Below are positions 27,716-36,799 of a stretch of 40,662 nt of DNA, piece by piece. Numbering within the stretch: the first letter of the stretch is position 1; each line of letters begins with the position of its first letter. The translations under genes were made by a program, and so were the position numbers. Source of the DNA: Candidatus Thorarchaeota archaeon (GTDB taxonomy: Archaea > Asgardarchaeota > Thorarchaeia > Thorarchaeales > Thorarchaeaceae). Location: contig SDNP01000028.1 of NCBI GenBank assembly GCA_004524445.1, forward strand, positions 1 through 40,662, written 5' to 3'. A model generated the notes under the pieces. It was not told the origin of the DNA. It worked only from the letters and a program-made list of their open reading frames with translations, and searched no databases.

Positions 27716-29641
27716 ATGGGTTATAGATTGAGTGAGGATGGTTCACCGATTGGGAAGCGTCTAAAACGAACCGGAAAGATGCTACTAGATGGTGCAGAGA
27801 ATCAGGTGAATGACTATAGAAGAAGATTCGATAGTCTCTCTGGCGCTTTTGATGACCTCCTCTGTGATTTTATGAAGCCATATCCTCAAGAGAAGCTTGA
27901 CACCGACTTCGTAGATGAATTTTTTGGAAATAATCGCCTCACGTTTCGAGGAATCGATGGTACAGTCTGCAAACATTCAGTGTTCGATTTGCTCATCTTT
28001 TTTGCCGGTGCATATTCATCAGGAGGATGTATTGATGTCGAAAGCGATGGGGCATTCGAAATAGTATATGATGAAAATCATTTGGAGTCAGGCATTGGGA
28101 TTTCAAGCGTGTTGCCTGTTTACATAAGCGAGGTCCCCGATATCGACAAGAAGGTGGCACCACGTGATGAAGAAGGGGATGTAGATCCTGCAATATCATA
28201 TTCTGATGCTTGGATTATTGACAACTCTGCAGTTGCAGACTATATGATGGGATTCGCGGAGTTTTATCTCGGGTACAAAGTAGTTTCAACAGAGAATCCT
28301 GTGGATATACTATTTCTAGATAGAATTCTTTCATCCGAGGTATCATCATTCTATGCTGAAACCTCACCATCAAGGGTTAGGCTTAACAAGGAGTCAGCAA
28401 TAATTGGCAATTCTTTTGACGGAGAAGTCTACACTCCAGCAGACTGGATTTATGCTCGGAAACTGTTTGGCAATCCCGAACTTGGAACGCCTCCGCCACG
28501 CGGCGAATACGTTCTTCCTCGTGTGATGAATGAGCTGATACAAGACAATGGTCTCACGGAAAATCAGCTTGCGAAGCGACTGAACATCGACTCAGCAGCT
28601 CGAAGAAAAAGGCTACAAAATGAACTCAAGAAGGGAACAAAGGCATGGGCCGGGGCGAAGCCGGTTTTGGAGCTCTCGGGAAAGAAATTCAGCGTTCGTT
28701 CTGGAGTTCTGAGCCTACATGAACGAACTGAATCTATGCTAAAAGAGATCGGTGAGAAGATATTCTCAGAGCGCATTGATGTTTCGGTGCAAGACCGGTT
28801 CAAAATCAACTCACATTGGCTAACCACGGTAGATTTTTCATTTCTCAGTCTCATGTCAATCTATTTTACGATTCGGAATTGTCACAAGAACAATATACTT
28901 CTCCTTGGTATTGCAAAGGACACGTCAGCAAGAGATCTGAAACGGCAAGTAATCCCAACTCTTAATCATACGAAAATCTATGAAGGAGGATTTGGACAGG
29001 CGGCCTCTCAGATACCTGATACTGATCGGATGATTTTGCAGTGGACATCCTTGAAAGCCAGAGACGAAATTTCGGTGCCATGGGCTACAATCGAATATGA
29101 TACTGCATTCAAAACAATCATTCCACACTTTGATGGGAAGCAAGGTTTGGTTTCAGGAGCTAGAAGAAATCAGATATCTCTTGAGAAAACCTTTGCAAAG
29201 TCCTATTTTCAATTGTCAGAAGCAAAATCGGACCCAAAGTTGAGAAGCAATGTATTGCTCTATGATAGACTCGTATATCCTTCATTTGATACAGATGAGA
29301 ATCAGGTAACTCGGTTGCAGCATGATTATACTGGAAACCCAGCAGAACCAGAGCCAATTGATCTCATTCTCTACCTTGAAACCCAAAACAGAGTACAGCA
29401 GTTTATTGTCACTCTTATTAGAGCAATGACTAGTTCAAGCATTCCAGAACTATTCGGGCATCTAAAGCCACTATATATAGCGGATAAGGTTGCAAAATAC
29501 TATTACCAACAATTCGACTCGATTGTTCAAAGCACAGCAAACTGGCTGGTTAATCGTCCAAGTCTTAGAGAGTTCTTATTCTATTTGAGCAGTTTTAGAG
29601 AAAGGAGGACAGAATATGAAGAAACAAGAAGAATTTCCTGA
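27716..29641 (+). CDS. NurA-family nuclease, enlarged, with internal winged-helix-like insertion
   Basis: GIDGT (DGS-like), E in FAEFYL, LFLDR, GIAKDTS and LYIADKVAK motifs of the NurA RNase H fold. Directly upstream of a HerA gene. Confidence 0.78.
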   Translation: MGYRLSEDGSPIGKRLKRTGKMLLDGAENQVNDYRRRFDSLSGAFDDLLCDFMKPYPQEKLDTDFVDEFFGNNRLTFRGIDGTVCKHSVFDLLIFFAGAYSSGGCIDVESDGAFEIVYDENHLESGIGISSVLPVYISEVPDIDKKVAPRDEEGDVDPAISYSDAWIIDNSAVADYMMGFAEFYLGYKVVSTENPVDILFLDRILSSEVSSFYAETSPSRVRLNKESAIIGNSFDGEVYTPADWIYARKLFGNPELGTPPPRGEYVLPRVMNELIQDNGLTENQLAKRLNIDSAARRKRLQNELKKGTKAWAGAKPVLELSGKKFSVRSGVLSLHERTESMLKEIGEKIFSERIDVSVQDRFKINSHWLTTVDFSFLSLMSIYFTIRNCHKNNILLLGIAKDTSARDLKRQVIPTLNHTKIYEGGFGQAASQIPDTDRMILQWTSLKARDEISVPWATIEYDTAFKTIIPHFDGKQGLVSGARRNQISLEKTFAKSYFQLSEAKSDPKLRSNVLLYDRLVYPSFDTDENQVTRLQHDYTGNPAEPEPIDLILYLETQNRVQQFIVTLIRAMTSSSIPELFGHLKPLYIADKVAKYYYQQFDSIVQSTANWLVNRPSLREFLFYLSSFRERRTEYEETRRIS

Positions 29642-31481
29642 AGAGTTATTTACAAATTTCGATGGCATTTTTGATGGTGTCTTAGCGAGAGTTGCGTCGA
29701 TACCTGCGAATTACACCTCTGAGTGGGCTGGGTCAGCGGCACGCTATGAGTGCAAAATAAAGATACGCTACAATAAGGAACTGATGGCACAACTAGAAGA
29801 GGGTATGATGCTGGCAATACGCAATTTCAGAGGCCAATCTGAACGCGCAAAAAGAGAGGGGATCCAAAGATATACAGTGATGGTAGTCAGCAAAGTTTGG
29901 CCTTTGCACTATGGCCTAGGAGGAATACGCGACAGCCACTATTACCCGCTGCAAATGGAGATTATCGAGCAAACGGTTCCTGATTGGGATACTGATGATC
30001 AGTCCACGATGATGATTCATATGACTGCCATCCCAATCAACTACGATTTAGTAATTGACGCGGATGGGAAGGTTGATTTCAAGAAGGGCTTCTCATATCC
30101 GCTGATAGGAGATAAGGTTCATGTTATTAATTTGGAAACAGTTGACATGATATACAACTCCAGAGTGAAGAAGGCGATAGGCTTCGATGGGGACCCGCTA
30201 GCGCAAGACCCGAAGGATAATCCTCGGGTGGGCGTCTTGAGGATGTTCATGGAATCCGAGAAGGAAGTTCCCATCTATGTTGATTTGCACAAACTGGTAA
30301 GATATCACTTTGGCGTCTTCTCCTTTACAGGTGGAGGTAAGAGCAATCTTCTATCCAACCTCTTCAGGAGATTGACCTATCATGCAGAAGACACGAAGAT
30401 TGTCATTTTCGACATAAGCTGTGAATACCCATTCCTTCTAAGCGATGTTTTTTCGGACTCCAGTATTCGCACGAAAATCATTTTGGACGAGGAACCTAAG
30501 AATGCCGATAACTTCGCTCGAGCAATTGTCAAACCGCGCGATTTTGAAGATGATCCCAAGGCAAATGACGCATTGAGAAATCTGTACGACCAGGGGATTG
30601 TCACATTCTACAATAAACCACTCACTCGTGTTCCTACCTATGGCGGTCTTCTTGAAGAGATGAGCTCACTCAGGGGGGACAACTCGGCGAAACCAACCTA
30701 TGTCCAGGCAATTGATGAAGCGATGAGTGCGGTGCATGGCTGGATGGAAGAATATGATAAGGAAAGCCACGAAGAAATTGATCCTACATTTGTAGACATG
30801 TTTCACGATGCAGCTGCGAAGGCAATGAACAAGTATTCTGTTCATGAAAAATCGACACTTTTTGCATGGGGAACCACAAGGGATTCACTCAAGGATGCGA
30901 TTTCCAGAGCAAAGAAAGCAACAAGCAAGGGCGTCACGGTTAAGGATATCCTTCGAATGCTGAGCGGACCGGAGAGGATTATCTGTATATCAATCGCAGA
31001 TCCAGAAACTATCAGGGAACTTGTAATTCGTATCACCAATGCGGCGTTGAGATACCGAAAGAAGAGTTTCGAAATTAAACCACATCTTCTCTTTGTATTT
31101 GACGAGGCACAGGAGTTCATTCCCTCAGGTGCGAGCGGGCAAACTGCGCAATGCAGCGCTGCCGTGGAACGGTTGCTCCGCCAAGGACGAAAATATGGTC
31201 TCGGTGGGACTATTGCCACACAAAGAATCGCCTATCTCAACACGAACATAATGCAGCAGCTGCACACATTCTTTGTTGGCACGCTCCCCCGGCCCTATGA
31301 TCGAACAGTCGTTAGCAGCTCATTTCAAATAGACCTGAGTATTCTAGACAAGACCTTGGAGTTTCCACCAGGTTCCTGGCTCTTGTCCAGTTATATTGCC
31401 ACAGGACTTGATAATGTGCCAGTATTCATTTCAGCTGACAACTCAGAAGACATCTTGAAGAAACATCTTGCCTCGATATAG
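29616..31481 (+). CDS. HerA/FtsK-superfamily ATPase (HerA-like DNA translocase)
   Basis: N-terminal HAS-barrel-like region, HFGVFSFTGGGKSN Walker A, IFD, FVFDEAQEF Walker B, RQGRKYGLG arginine finger and ATQR. Overlaps the nurA-like gene by 26 bp. Confidence 0.9.
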   Translation: MKKQEEFPEELFTNFDGIFDGVLARVASIPANYTSEWAGSAARYECKIKIRYNKELMAQLEEGMMLAIRNFRGQSERAKREGIQRYTVMVVSKVWPLHYGLGGIRDSHYYPLQMEIIEQTVPDWDTDDQSTMMIHMTAIPINYDLVIDADGKVDFKKGFSYPLIGDKVHVINLETVDMIYNSRVKKAIGFDGDPLAQDPKDNPRVGVLRMFMESEKEVPIYVDLHKLVRYHFGVFSFTGGGKSNLLSNLFRRLTYHAEDTKIVIFDISCEYPFLLSDVFSDSSIRTKIILDEEPKNADNFARAIVKPRDFEDDPKANDALRNLYDQGIVTFYNKPLTRVPTYGGLLEEMSSLRGDNSAKPTYVQAIDEAMSAVHGWMEEYDKESHEEIDPTFVDMFHDAAAKAMNKYSVHEKSTLFAWGTTRDSLKDAISRAKKATSKGVTVKDILRMLSGPERIICISIADPETIRELVIRITNAALRYRKKSFEIKPHLLFVFDEAQEFIPSGASGQTAQCSAAVERLLRQGRKYGLGGTIATQRIAYLNTNIMQQLHTFFVGTLPRPYDRTVVSSSFQIDLSILDKTLEFPPGSWLLSSYIATGLDNVPVFISADNSEDILKKHLASI

Positions 31482-31560
31482 AACCTGGCAATTGTCGGCT
31501 AGCGAGGAGAGCGACTATATTGGGAGCCTTATAATGGCAACCTCCAGATAGGATTCAATC

Positions 31561-33363
31561 ATGGAAGAACGCAACCTGCCCAGTTGGAATCGAGATACCC
31601 TCATCAAGCATACTACTCCCGAGCATATCATAGCGACGTATGATGATATTATCCAAAGAGCTATGATGCTTGAACGAGGATACAGAGACTCGGTCGATAG
31701 ACTGGATGCAATAGGGCTCTACAGTATGATTAAGAAGATCGAGGCAATGAAATCCAGTTTTGAGGGGGCATACCTCTATGCATATCTCGGATACATGTCG
31801 AACTCTAGCGATTCCGATTGTCAAACTCTCTATCAAATTGCCGAGAAGAGAAGACACGAGCTTGATTGGATTCTCGGAGCACTGGATTCGGAACTCATCA
31901 AACGGATGAAGCAAGAGCCTTTACTCTTGGAGATGCTGGCTTTGACGCAATACAAACATGCACTGAAAAAGCAGCTATCCTTCGATGACTTTTCGTTTGA
32001 AAGAAGCAATGACAGAATCGTGGAGCAAAAAGACAGACACGGAGTGGACGCATGGTATAGGCTACATCAAGAGCTTCTTTCTTCCTTGGTTTTCAAAATC
32101 GACGCACATGGACAGCAGGAGTTTCTATCCTTTCAAGAGTCAGCAGGAATGAGATATTTTCACCCCGATAGAGAAATCAGAAAAGTAGCAACCAAGCAAG
32201 TCTTTTCTCAACTGGCGGAATACTCACAAGTATGGTCTACAGCCTTTAGATCCGTTGCGGCGGACTATCTCTCTGAGAGCAAAATAAGAGGATACTCCAA
32301 CCACATTCAGCCCGTTCTCTTGAATAATGGCATCGAACGACAAACATTGGATTCTCTCATTAGCACGGTCAAACAACGAGCTGGTCTCTACAAGAAGTAT
32401 GTAGAAATTAGAAGGCGTATGCTGGAAGTGGACAAAATTGGCAGTTGGGACTTGACTGGGACCCTCTATGAAGTAAACAGGTATATCGAATGGGAGGAAG
32501 CAGTGTCGATAGTATCAGAAGCATATTCATCATTTGATGCTAGCTTTGGACGCATTGTGCAAAAAATAATAGAAAAAAAGCAAGTAGATGCCAAGCCTCG
32601 CAAGGGAAAGGTTTCCTTTGCTTTTGGCTATCCATGGTATTCTGCTGCATCTTCATGGATTTCTCTCGTTTATACAGGAAATGTTGGAGACCTCTTCACA
32701 ATGGCACATGAGTTTGGCCATGCAATCCATAATACAATTCTAGCCCAAGCACAACCGTGGACCGTTTTCTGGAATACTGGGAGAGTTTTGCAGGAGTCAG
32801 TTAGTGTCTTTGGCGAACAACTTCTTGCAGACTACTTGTTCAGTGAAGATGAAACATCAAAATCTGCTGCACTTCTGTCAGTATTAGATCAGGGGTTCAC
32901 ACTCACCTTGGGTGGTGCTACAGCATTTCTATTTGAGAAAGAAATCTATGATTCGATTGAGGCGGGAGAATTCTTAGATGGAGAAACAATTTCGCAAAAA
33001 TGGGTAGAACAGCGGAATGCGATATTTTCAGATGCCATTGAATGGTTACCGGAGAACAGATGGGCGTGGGTGGCGTCAAGTCACTATTTCAGACCAAGAG
33101 CTAGATTCTACAATTTTCAATATGCCTTCGGCCAGCTACTGGCTTATGCCATTTATGAGTCATACCAACATAACAAAGCTGCATTCATTCAAGACTACAA
33201 GGAATATCTTCGCGCATGTGGGACGGCATCACCACGTTCTCTTCTGCTGCAGTTGGGTCTGGATATCAATGACAGAGAGTTCTGGAATCTCGGGTTTGAC
33301 TACCTCGAAAGACAATTGGAGAAACTTTCTGAGAATATCAGGCACTACAATGCAACACTATGA
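31561..33363 (+). CDS. pepF: Oligoendopeptidase F (peptidase M3B)
   Basis: D..PRKGK...AF, TMAHEFGHAIH zinc motif, E..S.F.E, and HY....FYNFQYAFG. Confidence 0.9.
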   Translation: MEERNLPSWNRDTLIKHTTPEHIIATYDDIIQRAMMLERGYRDSVDRLDAIGLYSMIKKIEAMKSSFEGAYLYAYLGYMSNSSDSDCQTLYQIAEKRRHELDWILGALDSELIKRMKQEPLLLEMLALTQYKHALKKQLSFDDFSFERSNDRIVEQKDRHGVDAWYRLHQELLSSLVFKIDAHGQQEFLSFQESAGMRYFHPDREIRKVATKQVFSQLAEYSQVWSTAFRSVAADYLSESKIRGYSNHIQPVLLNNGIERQTLDSLISTVKQRAGLYKKYVEIRRRMLEVDKIGSWDLTGTLYEVNRYIEWEEAVSIVSEAYSSFDASFGRIVQKIIEKKQVDAKPRKGKVSFAFGYPWYSAASSWISLVYTGNVGDLFTMAHEFGHAIHNTILAQAQPWTVFWNTGRVLQESVSVFGEQLLADYLFSEDETSKSAALLSVLDQGFTLTLGGATAFLFEKEIYDSIEAGEFLDGETISQKWVEQRNAIFSDAIEWLPENRWAWVASSHYFRPRARFYNFQYAFGQLLAYAIYESYQHNKAAFIQDYKEYLRACGTASPRSLLLQLGLDINDREFWNLGFDYLERQLEKLSENIRHYNATL

Positions 33364-33456
33364 AGGAAGTGGAGGGCGGATAGAGATATGAGTATCCGAA
33401 AAGGTAAAAAGAATTTAGCCGGGGCTAATATCTATACTGGCCAAGCTCAAGAGACT

Positions 33457-33544
33457 GCGGAGGTTGCCAAGCCAGGTTAAAGGCGCTAGACTCAGACTCT
33501 AGTCCTGTAGAGGTTCGTGAGTTCAAATCTCACCCTCCGCACCA
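33457..33544 (+). tRNA. tRNA-Leu(CAG)
   Basis: Acceptor GCGGAGG/CCTCCGC, discriminator A and encoded CCA. D-stem GCC/GGC. Anticodon stem CTAGA/TCTAG with loop CT-CAG-AC. Long variable arm CCT-GTAG-AGG. T-arm GTGAG-TTCAAAT-CTCAC. No intron. Confidence 0.96.
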
Positions 33545-33584
33545 TTTAGTTTTGACATTAGGTCATCTGACTTTATCAGAATAG

Positions 33585-33633
33585 TAAGAAAAAAAGAAGG
33601 CTTCAGACTGCAGTCCAAAAAAAGGCAGTCTGA
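33585..33633 (-). terminator. Hairpin TCAGACTGC-N13-GCAGTCTGA followed on the minus strand by a T-rich tract
   Basis: 9-bp inverted repeat at 33603-33611 / 33625-33633 between the convergent tRNA and peroxiredoxin genes. The A-run at about 33589-33595 reads as a U-tract on the minus strand. Confidence 0.5.
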
Positions 33634-33670
33634 GATTCAGTTATGTGGTGTGTTCTCGTACCAGACTGAT

Positions 33671-34168
33671 TCATTCCTCTAGAGCTTCAAGTCGCTCAAG
33701 AAACCTGCTCAAATTGGGACAGGCACCTTTGTCGGGTTTTACTACATCTATCATCTCAATGAAGCCTTTTTTGTCTATTAGGAAGACAATTCTCTTCCCA
33801 TATCCTTCATCGGGAACAAAACAATCGTCTTCGAGAGTCACATCTCCAGGTGGATTGAAGTCCGAGAGAATAGGAAAGCCAAGGTCTCCAACTTCTTCCA
33901 TCCATTCTTCATTTGCCTCGAAGGAATCCATGTTGACCCCAACAACTATAGTGTCTAGCTCGTCCAGTTCTTCGATATGTTCTCTGAAAAACTCAAAATA
34001 TTCCTTGCAGAGCTCGTTCACCTTTCCTGGGTGAAATGCCAGTAAGACATTCTTTTCACCACGGAAACCCGATAATTGAACATCATCACCGTTTTGATCT
34101 TCTAGTTCAAAGTCAGGAGCTTCCTCGCCAACCGTTAGACATACACCGCGTTCTCTAAGAAGTACCAT
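33671..34168 (-). CDS. Peroxiredoxin-like (AhpC/BCP/AhpE) thioredoxin-fold protein
   Basis: VGEEAPDFEL.DQNG..V.LS.FRG, LAFHP....C, FPILSD and R.VFLIDKKG motifs. Confidence 0.88.
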   Translation of the reverse strand: MVLLRERGVCLTVGEEAPDFELEDQNGDDVQLSGFRGEKNVLLAFHPGKVNELCKEYFEFFREHIEELDELDTIVVGVNMDSFEANEEWMEEVGDLGFPILSDFNPPGDVTLEDDCFVPDEGYGKRIVFLIDKKGFIEMIDVVKPDKGACPNLSRFLERLEALEE

Positions 34169-34311
34169 TTTCTTTCATCTCTTTTCTTGTATAGCTAAAA
34201 TCGTATTGTTTCCTAGTGTTTCTAACTATTGTTAATATTTTTGGTTTGGAGCTTTTGGGTGCCGTATGTTTCTTCTATTCTCATTAGTTTCTAGCCGGCC
34301 CTTCATTAATC

Positions 34312-34361
34312 GTGTTACTCGTTTGAGATTCGTGTCACTTATATGGGAGTTCTGTGTCACT
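34312..34361. promoter_or_regulatory. Putative NikR operator array: GTGTTAC-N13-GTGTCAC-N15-GTGTCAC around a TTATAT box
   Basis: Heptamers at 34312-34318, 34332-34338 and 34354-34360, just upstream of nikR. Confidence 0.55.
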
Positions 34362-34379
34362 CAATCGTAAGCGGAGCGA

Positions 34380-34808
34380 GTGACTATCATGAAACGATTT
34401 GGTGTTTCCATTCCAGAGGATTTGTTACAGAGATTCGATGAGGCTGTTATGAAGAGAAATTATTCAGGACGGTCGGAGGCAATCCGCGATGCCATCAGAC
34501 TATTTCTGACACAAGCCGAATGGGAAGAAAACCAAGAGGGTAATTATGCATCTCTTAACATTGTATATCAGCACAAACCTAAGCTAATGGAGGAGCTGAT
34601 AGAGAAGCAACATAACGCCAAGGTGAACGTCTTGTCGTCCGTTCATATACACTTGACGCATTCTCATTGTTTTGAACTTTTAACAATCAAAGGTACAAAC
34701 GAAGGCATTTCTGAGTTAGCTGACGAGATTGCAGGAATTCCAGGCATAGAGTATTCCCAGTTATTCACATTTATGCTGCCAGAAGGTGATGCAAATCATG
34801 CACATTAA
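34380..34808 (+). CDS. nikR: Nickel-responsive regulator NikR
   Basis: RHH domain MKRFGVSIPEDLL..FD......Y..RSEAIRDAIR. Nickel ligands QH...HIHLTHSHC (H76/H87/H89/C95 equivalents). Confidence 0.94.
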   Translation: MTIMKRFGVSIPEDLLQRFDEAVMKRNYSGRSEAIRDAIRLFLTQAEWEENQEGNYASLNIVYQHKPKLMEELIEKQHNAKVNVLSSVHIHLTHSHCFELLTIKGTNEGISELADEIAGIPGIEYSQLFTFMLPEGDANHAH

Positions 34809-34838
34809 ACTCCGGGAAGAATAATGGTCATCTTCTTT

Positions 34839-35669
34839 CTAAGGTGCCGCGACAAGTTCAATATCCTGAGGGCCGGTTGCCCCGAAACCCAGTTTGGCAG
34901 CATGTGTCAATTGGGGTAGTTCCCATGTTGGAGCATCCAATTTGTTGTCTTCATTGTAGCTCTTCAATATGTCAACGCCCACTGCATCAATAGCGACTGA
35001 ATCGGTTCCAGCAAGTATCACATTTGGATTTTCGACTTTCCCTTCAACGGGGCCGCCTGTAACGAATGCTTTCCTTGCGTCCATGAGAATAAGGCGTGGT
35101 TTGAAGTAAGATGCCAAATCGGCAATCTTCTCTTCTAGATGTCTTAGATGCATCCGAAGCCGATCTCTACCCCGCACATACCCCATATACAGCTTCATTG
35201 CTCCAGTGAATTTCGCAAATTTATGCGTCTTCAAACATGGAACAGTGATTAATGGGTCAGAGGTCAGAACAGCTTGGCCGAGTTGCGCATTTCTCAAATA
35301 TCGTCCGAGAGGAATTTCAGTGTCAATCCACCGGCCACCATCTAGAAACTCGACCTTTGCGTCAATATCATCAACGACTTTCAGAAGCCCATTCTTCTCA
35401 GCTTCTTCCGTTGTATCACGCATGAACATAGATGATTCTACTATTCGAATTTCATCTACTCCATAATCAAGGAGTACTTTGCCTAATGCCCGAATGAAGA
35501 GCGGATCACTGGAAGCTGGAAGCGGATCACCAGAGTTGAGATTCGGCTTGATAACCACCTTGGAATTCTTTTCCAACAGCCGTTCAAACCCTCCAAGGAT
35601 ACCAACTGCAGATCGGATGTCATTTTCCAATGAATGCGTGGATTTTACCTTAGCAACCACTTGACTCAT
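34839..35669 (-). CDS. DUF362 family protein
   Basis: VVIKPNL, P.LKTH....TGAMK and D.VAIDAV motifs. No fused ferredoxin domain. Confidence 0.88.
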   Translation of the reverse strand: MSQVVAKVKSTHSLENDIRSAVGILGGFERLLEKNSKVVIKPNLNSGDPLPASSDPLFIRALGKVLLDYGVDEIRIVESSMFMRDTTEEAEKNGLLKVVDDIDAKVEFLDGGRWIDTEIPLGRYLRNAQLGQAVLTSDPLITVPCLKTHKFAKFTGAMKLYMGYVRGRDRLRMHLRHLEEKIADLASYFKPRLILMDARKAFVTGGPVEGKVENPNVILAGTDSVAIDAVGVDILKSYNEDNKLDAPTWELPQLTHAAKLGFGATGPQDIELVAAP

Positions 35670-35681
35670 AGTGATACAGCC

Positions 35682-36452
35682 TCAGATAGAGTGCGGCCTC
35701 AAATAAGCGTTTGATTCTGGCAATTTGCCTTTTTCCCTTTCAGACTCTTTGTTTCTAAACAGAAAGAAACCAAGAGGAAAGGCAACAATCGATGCCAGTA
35801 CAACTACGATTATGGGAGTGTAGTCAATACACGACTGACATGGGATATCAGATGATTCAACTTTTAGAATAGAACCATCCACTCCAAGATACAATGACCA
35901 TCTTTCGGTTTCTGCAACGAGATAGAAACTGACCTTCCAGACTACTCCCACCTCAAGTTCGGCTGTGCTTCCGGGTATGAGCACTATCTTTTCGCAAAGC
36001 CCCCAATATCTGCTGTCGTTGATGAAGAACTCGGTCGCCTCCAATATCGCCACAGAAAAATTCGCCTGCAGCTCGGAGGGTACGGATTCGACCCATTGAA
36101 GTGACCCGTCTTCTGGGGAGAGGCCCACAATTTGCTGACTAAAGCCAGAAGCATTCACTTGGCAAATTGCATAACTTCTGACAGACAGGTTCTCTGTAAG
36201 TTCATATCCAGTCTGGCCCAGAGACGTCCAAAACATTGTGGAGTTGGAATCTAGTATGCCCCTTAATGTGGGATCAGTAGAAAATGCAGGCTCGAACGAC
36301 TGAAGGCTGTCAAAGTCATCTGGCACAAGCTGAACTTCTCTATAGTCGATAATGATAGAGGATGTTTCTTGGCCAGCAACATAGAAAGGAATGACTAGGA
36401 GGATCAATGAAACCACTAGAGTTGTTTTTCTAAGAGTCGCCTTCAAACACAC
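35682..36452 (-). CDS. Secreted, C-terminally membrane-anchored protein with juxtamembrane CxxC
   Basis: N-terminal signal-like hydrophobic segment, then PCQSC followed by a TM helix and a charged tail. Confidence 0.65.
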   Translation of the reverse strand: MCLKATLRKTTLVVSLILLVIPFYVAGQETSSIIIDYREVQLVPDDFDSLQSFEPAFSTDPTLRGILDSNSTMFWTSLGQTGYELTENLSVRSYAICQVNASGFSQQIVGLSPEDGSLQWVESVPSELQANFSVAILEATEFFINDSRYWGLCEKIVLIPGSTAELEVGVVWKVSFYLVAETERWSLYLGVDGSILKVESSDIPCQSCIDYTPIIVVVLASIVAFPLGFFLFRNKESEREKGKLPESNAYLRPHSI

Positions 36453-36505
36453 TCACAAAGCATGTGAAATATCAGTTGCGTATAAAGGATACTCTAGTAG
36501 CAGAT

Positions 36506-36799
36506 TCATTCCTCAGTGGCAATTTCGAAAGTCACTGTACCTCCAGGGGTGAGCGGTGGGCCCGGGTCCAGACATTGAACGTAATACGGCGCATCCACAT
36601 GAGATAACCCCACCTCTCGTCCCGAAATACCAGTCCGTGCTGCAATCAGGTAAGGTGTAAATGACATTGCGGCCCATACACAGTAGGCATCGGACTCTTC
36701 CTTCACCAATGACGCGCCATCAATGACTATTTTATCGCCTTGTTTGAAGACAGGGCAGGTTCCCTTGATTTCACGCACTCGAATCACTATCTTTGTCAT
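36506..36799 (-). CDS. TIGR04076-family small Cys protein
   Basis: V.EIKG.CP.FK.GD...C.WA...QC.DPG....G.V.F pattern. Confidence 0.8.
   Translation of the reverse strand: MTKIVIRVREIKGTCPVFKQGDKIVIDGASLVKEESDAYCVWAAMSFTPYLIAARTGISGREVGLSHVDAPYYVQCLDPGPPLTPGGTVTFEIATEE

Noticed and set aside
33457-33544. tRNA-Sec or opal suppressor reading (TCA visible in the loop)
   Set aside because: The CTAGA/TCTAG stem centres CAG. The 7-bp acceptor, A73 and GTAG variable loop are archaeal Leu identity elements.
33603-34168. Selenoprotein peroxiredoxin with a SECIS element (UGA stop followed by a hairpin)
   Set aside because: The active-site codon is TGC and there is no internal in-frame TGA. Readthrough of the terminal TGA adds only nine unremarkable residues, and the hairpin lacks a paired AUGA/GA core.
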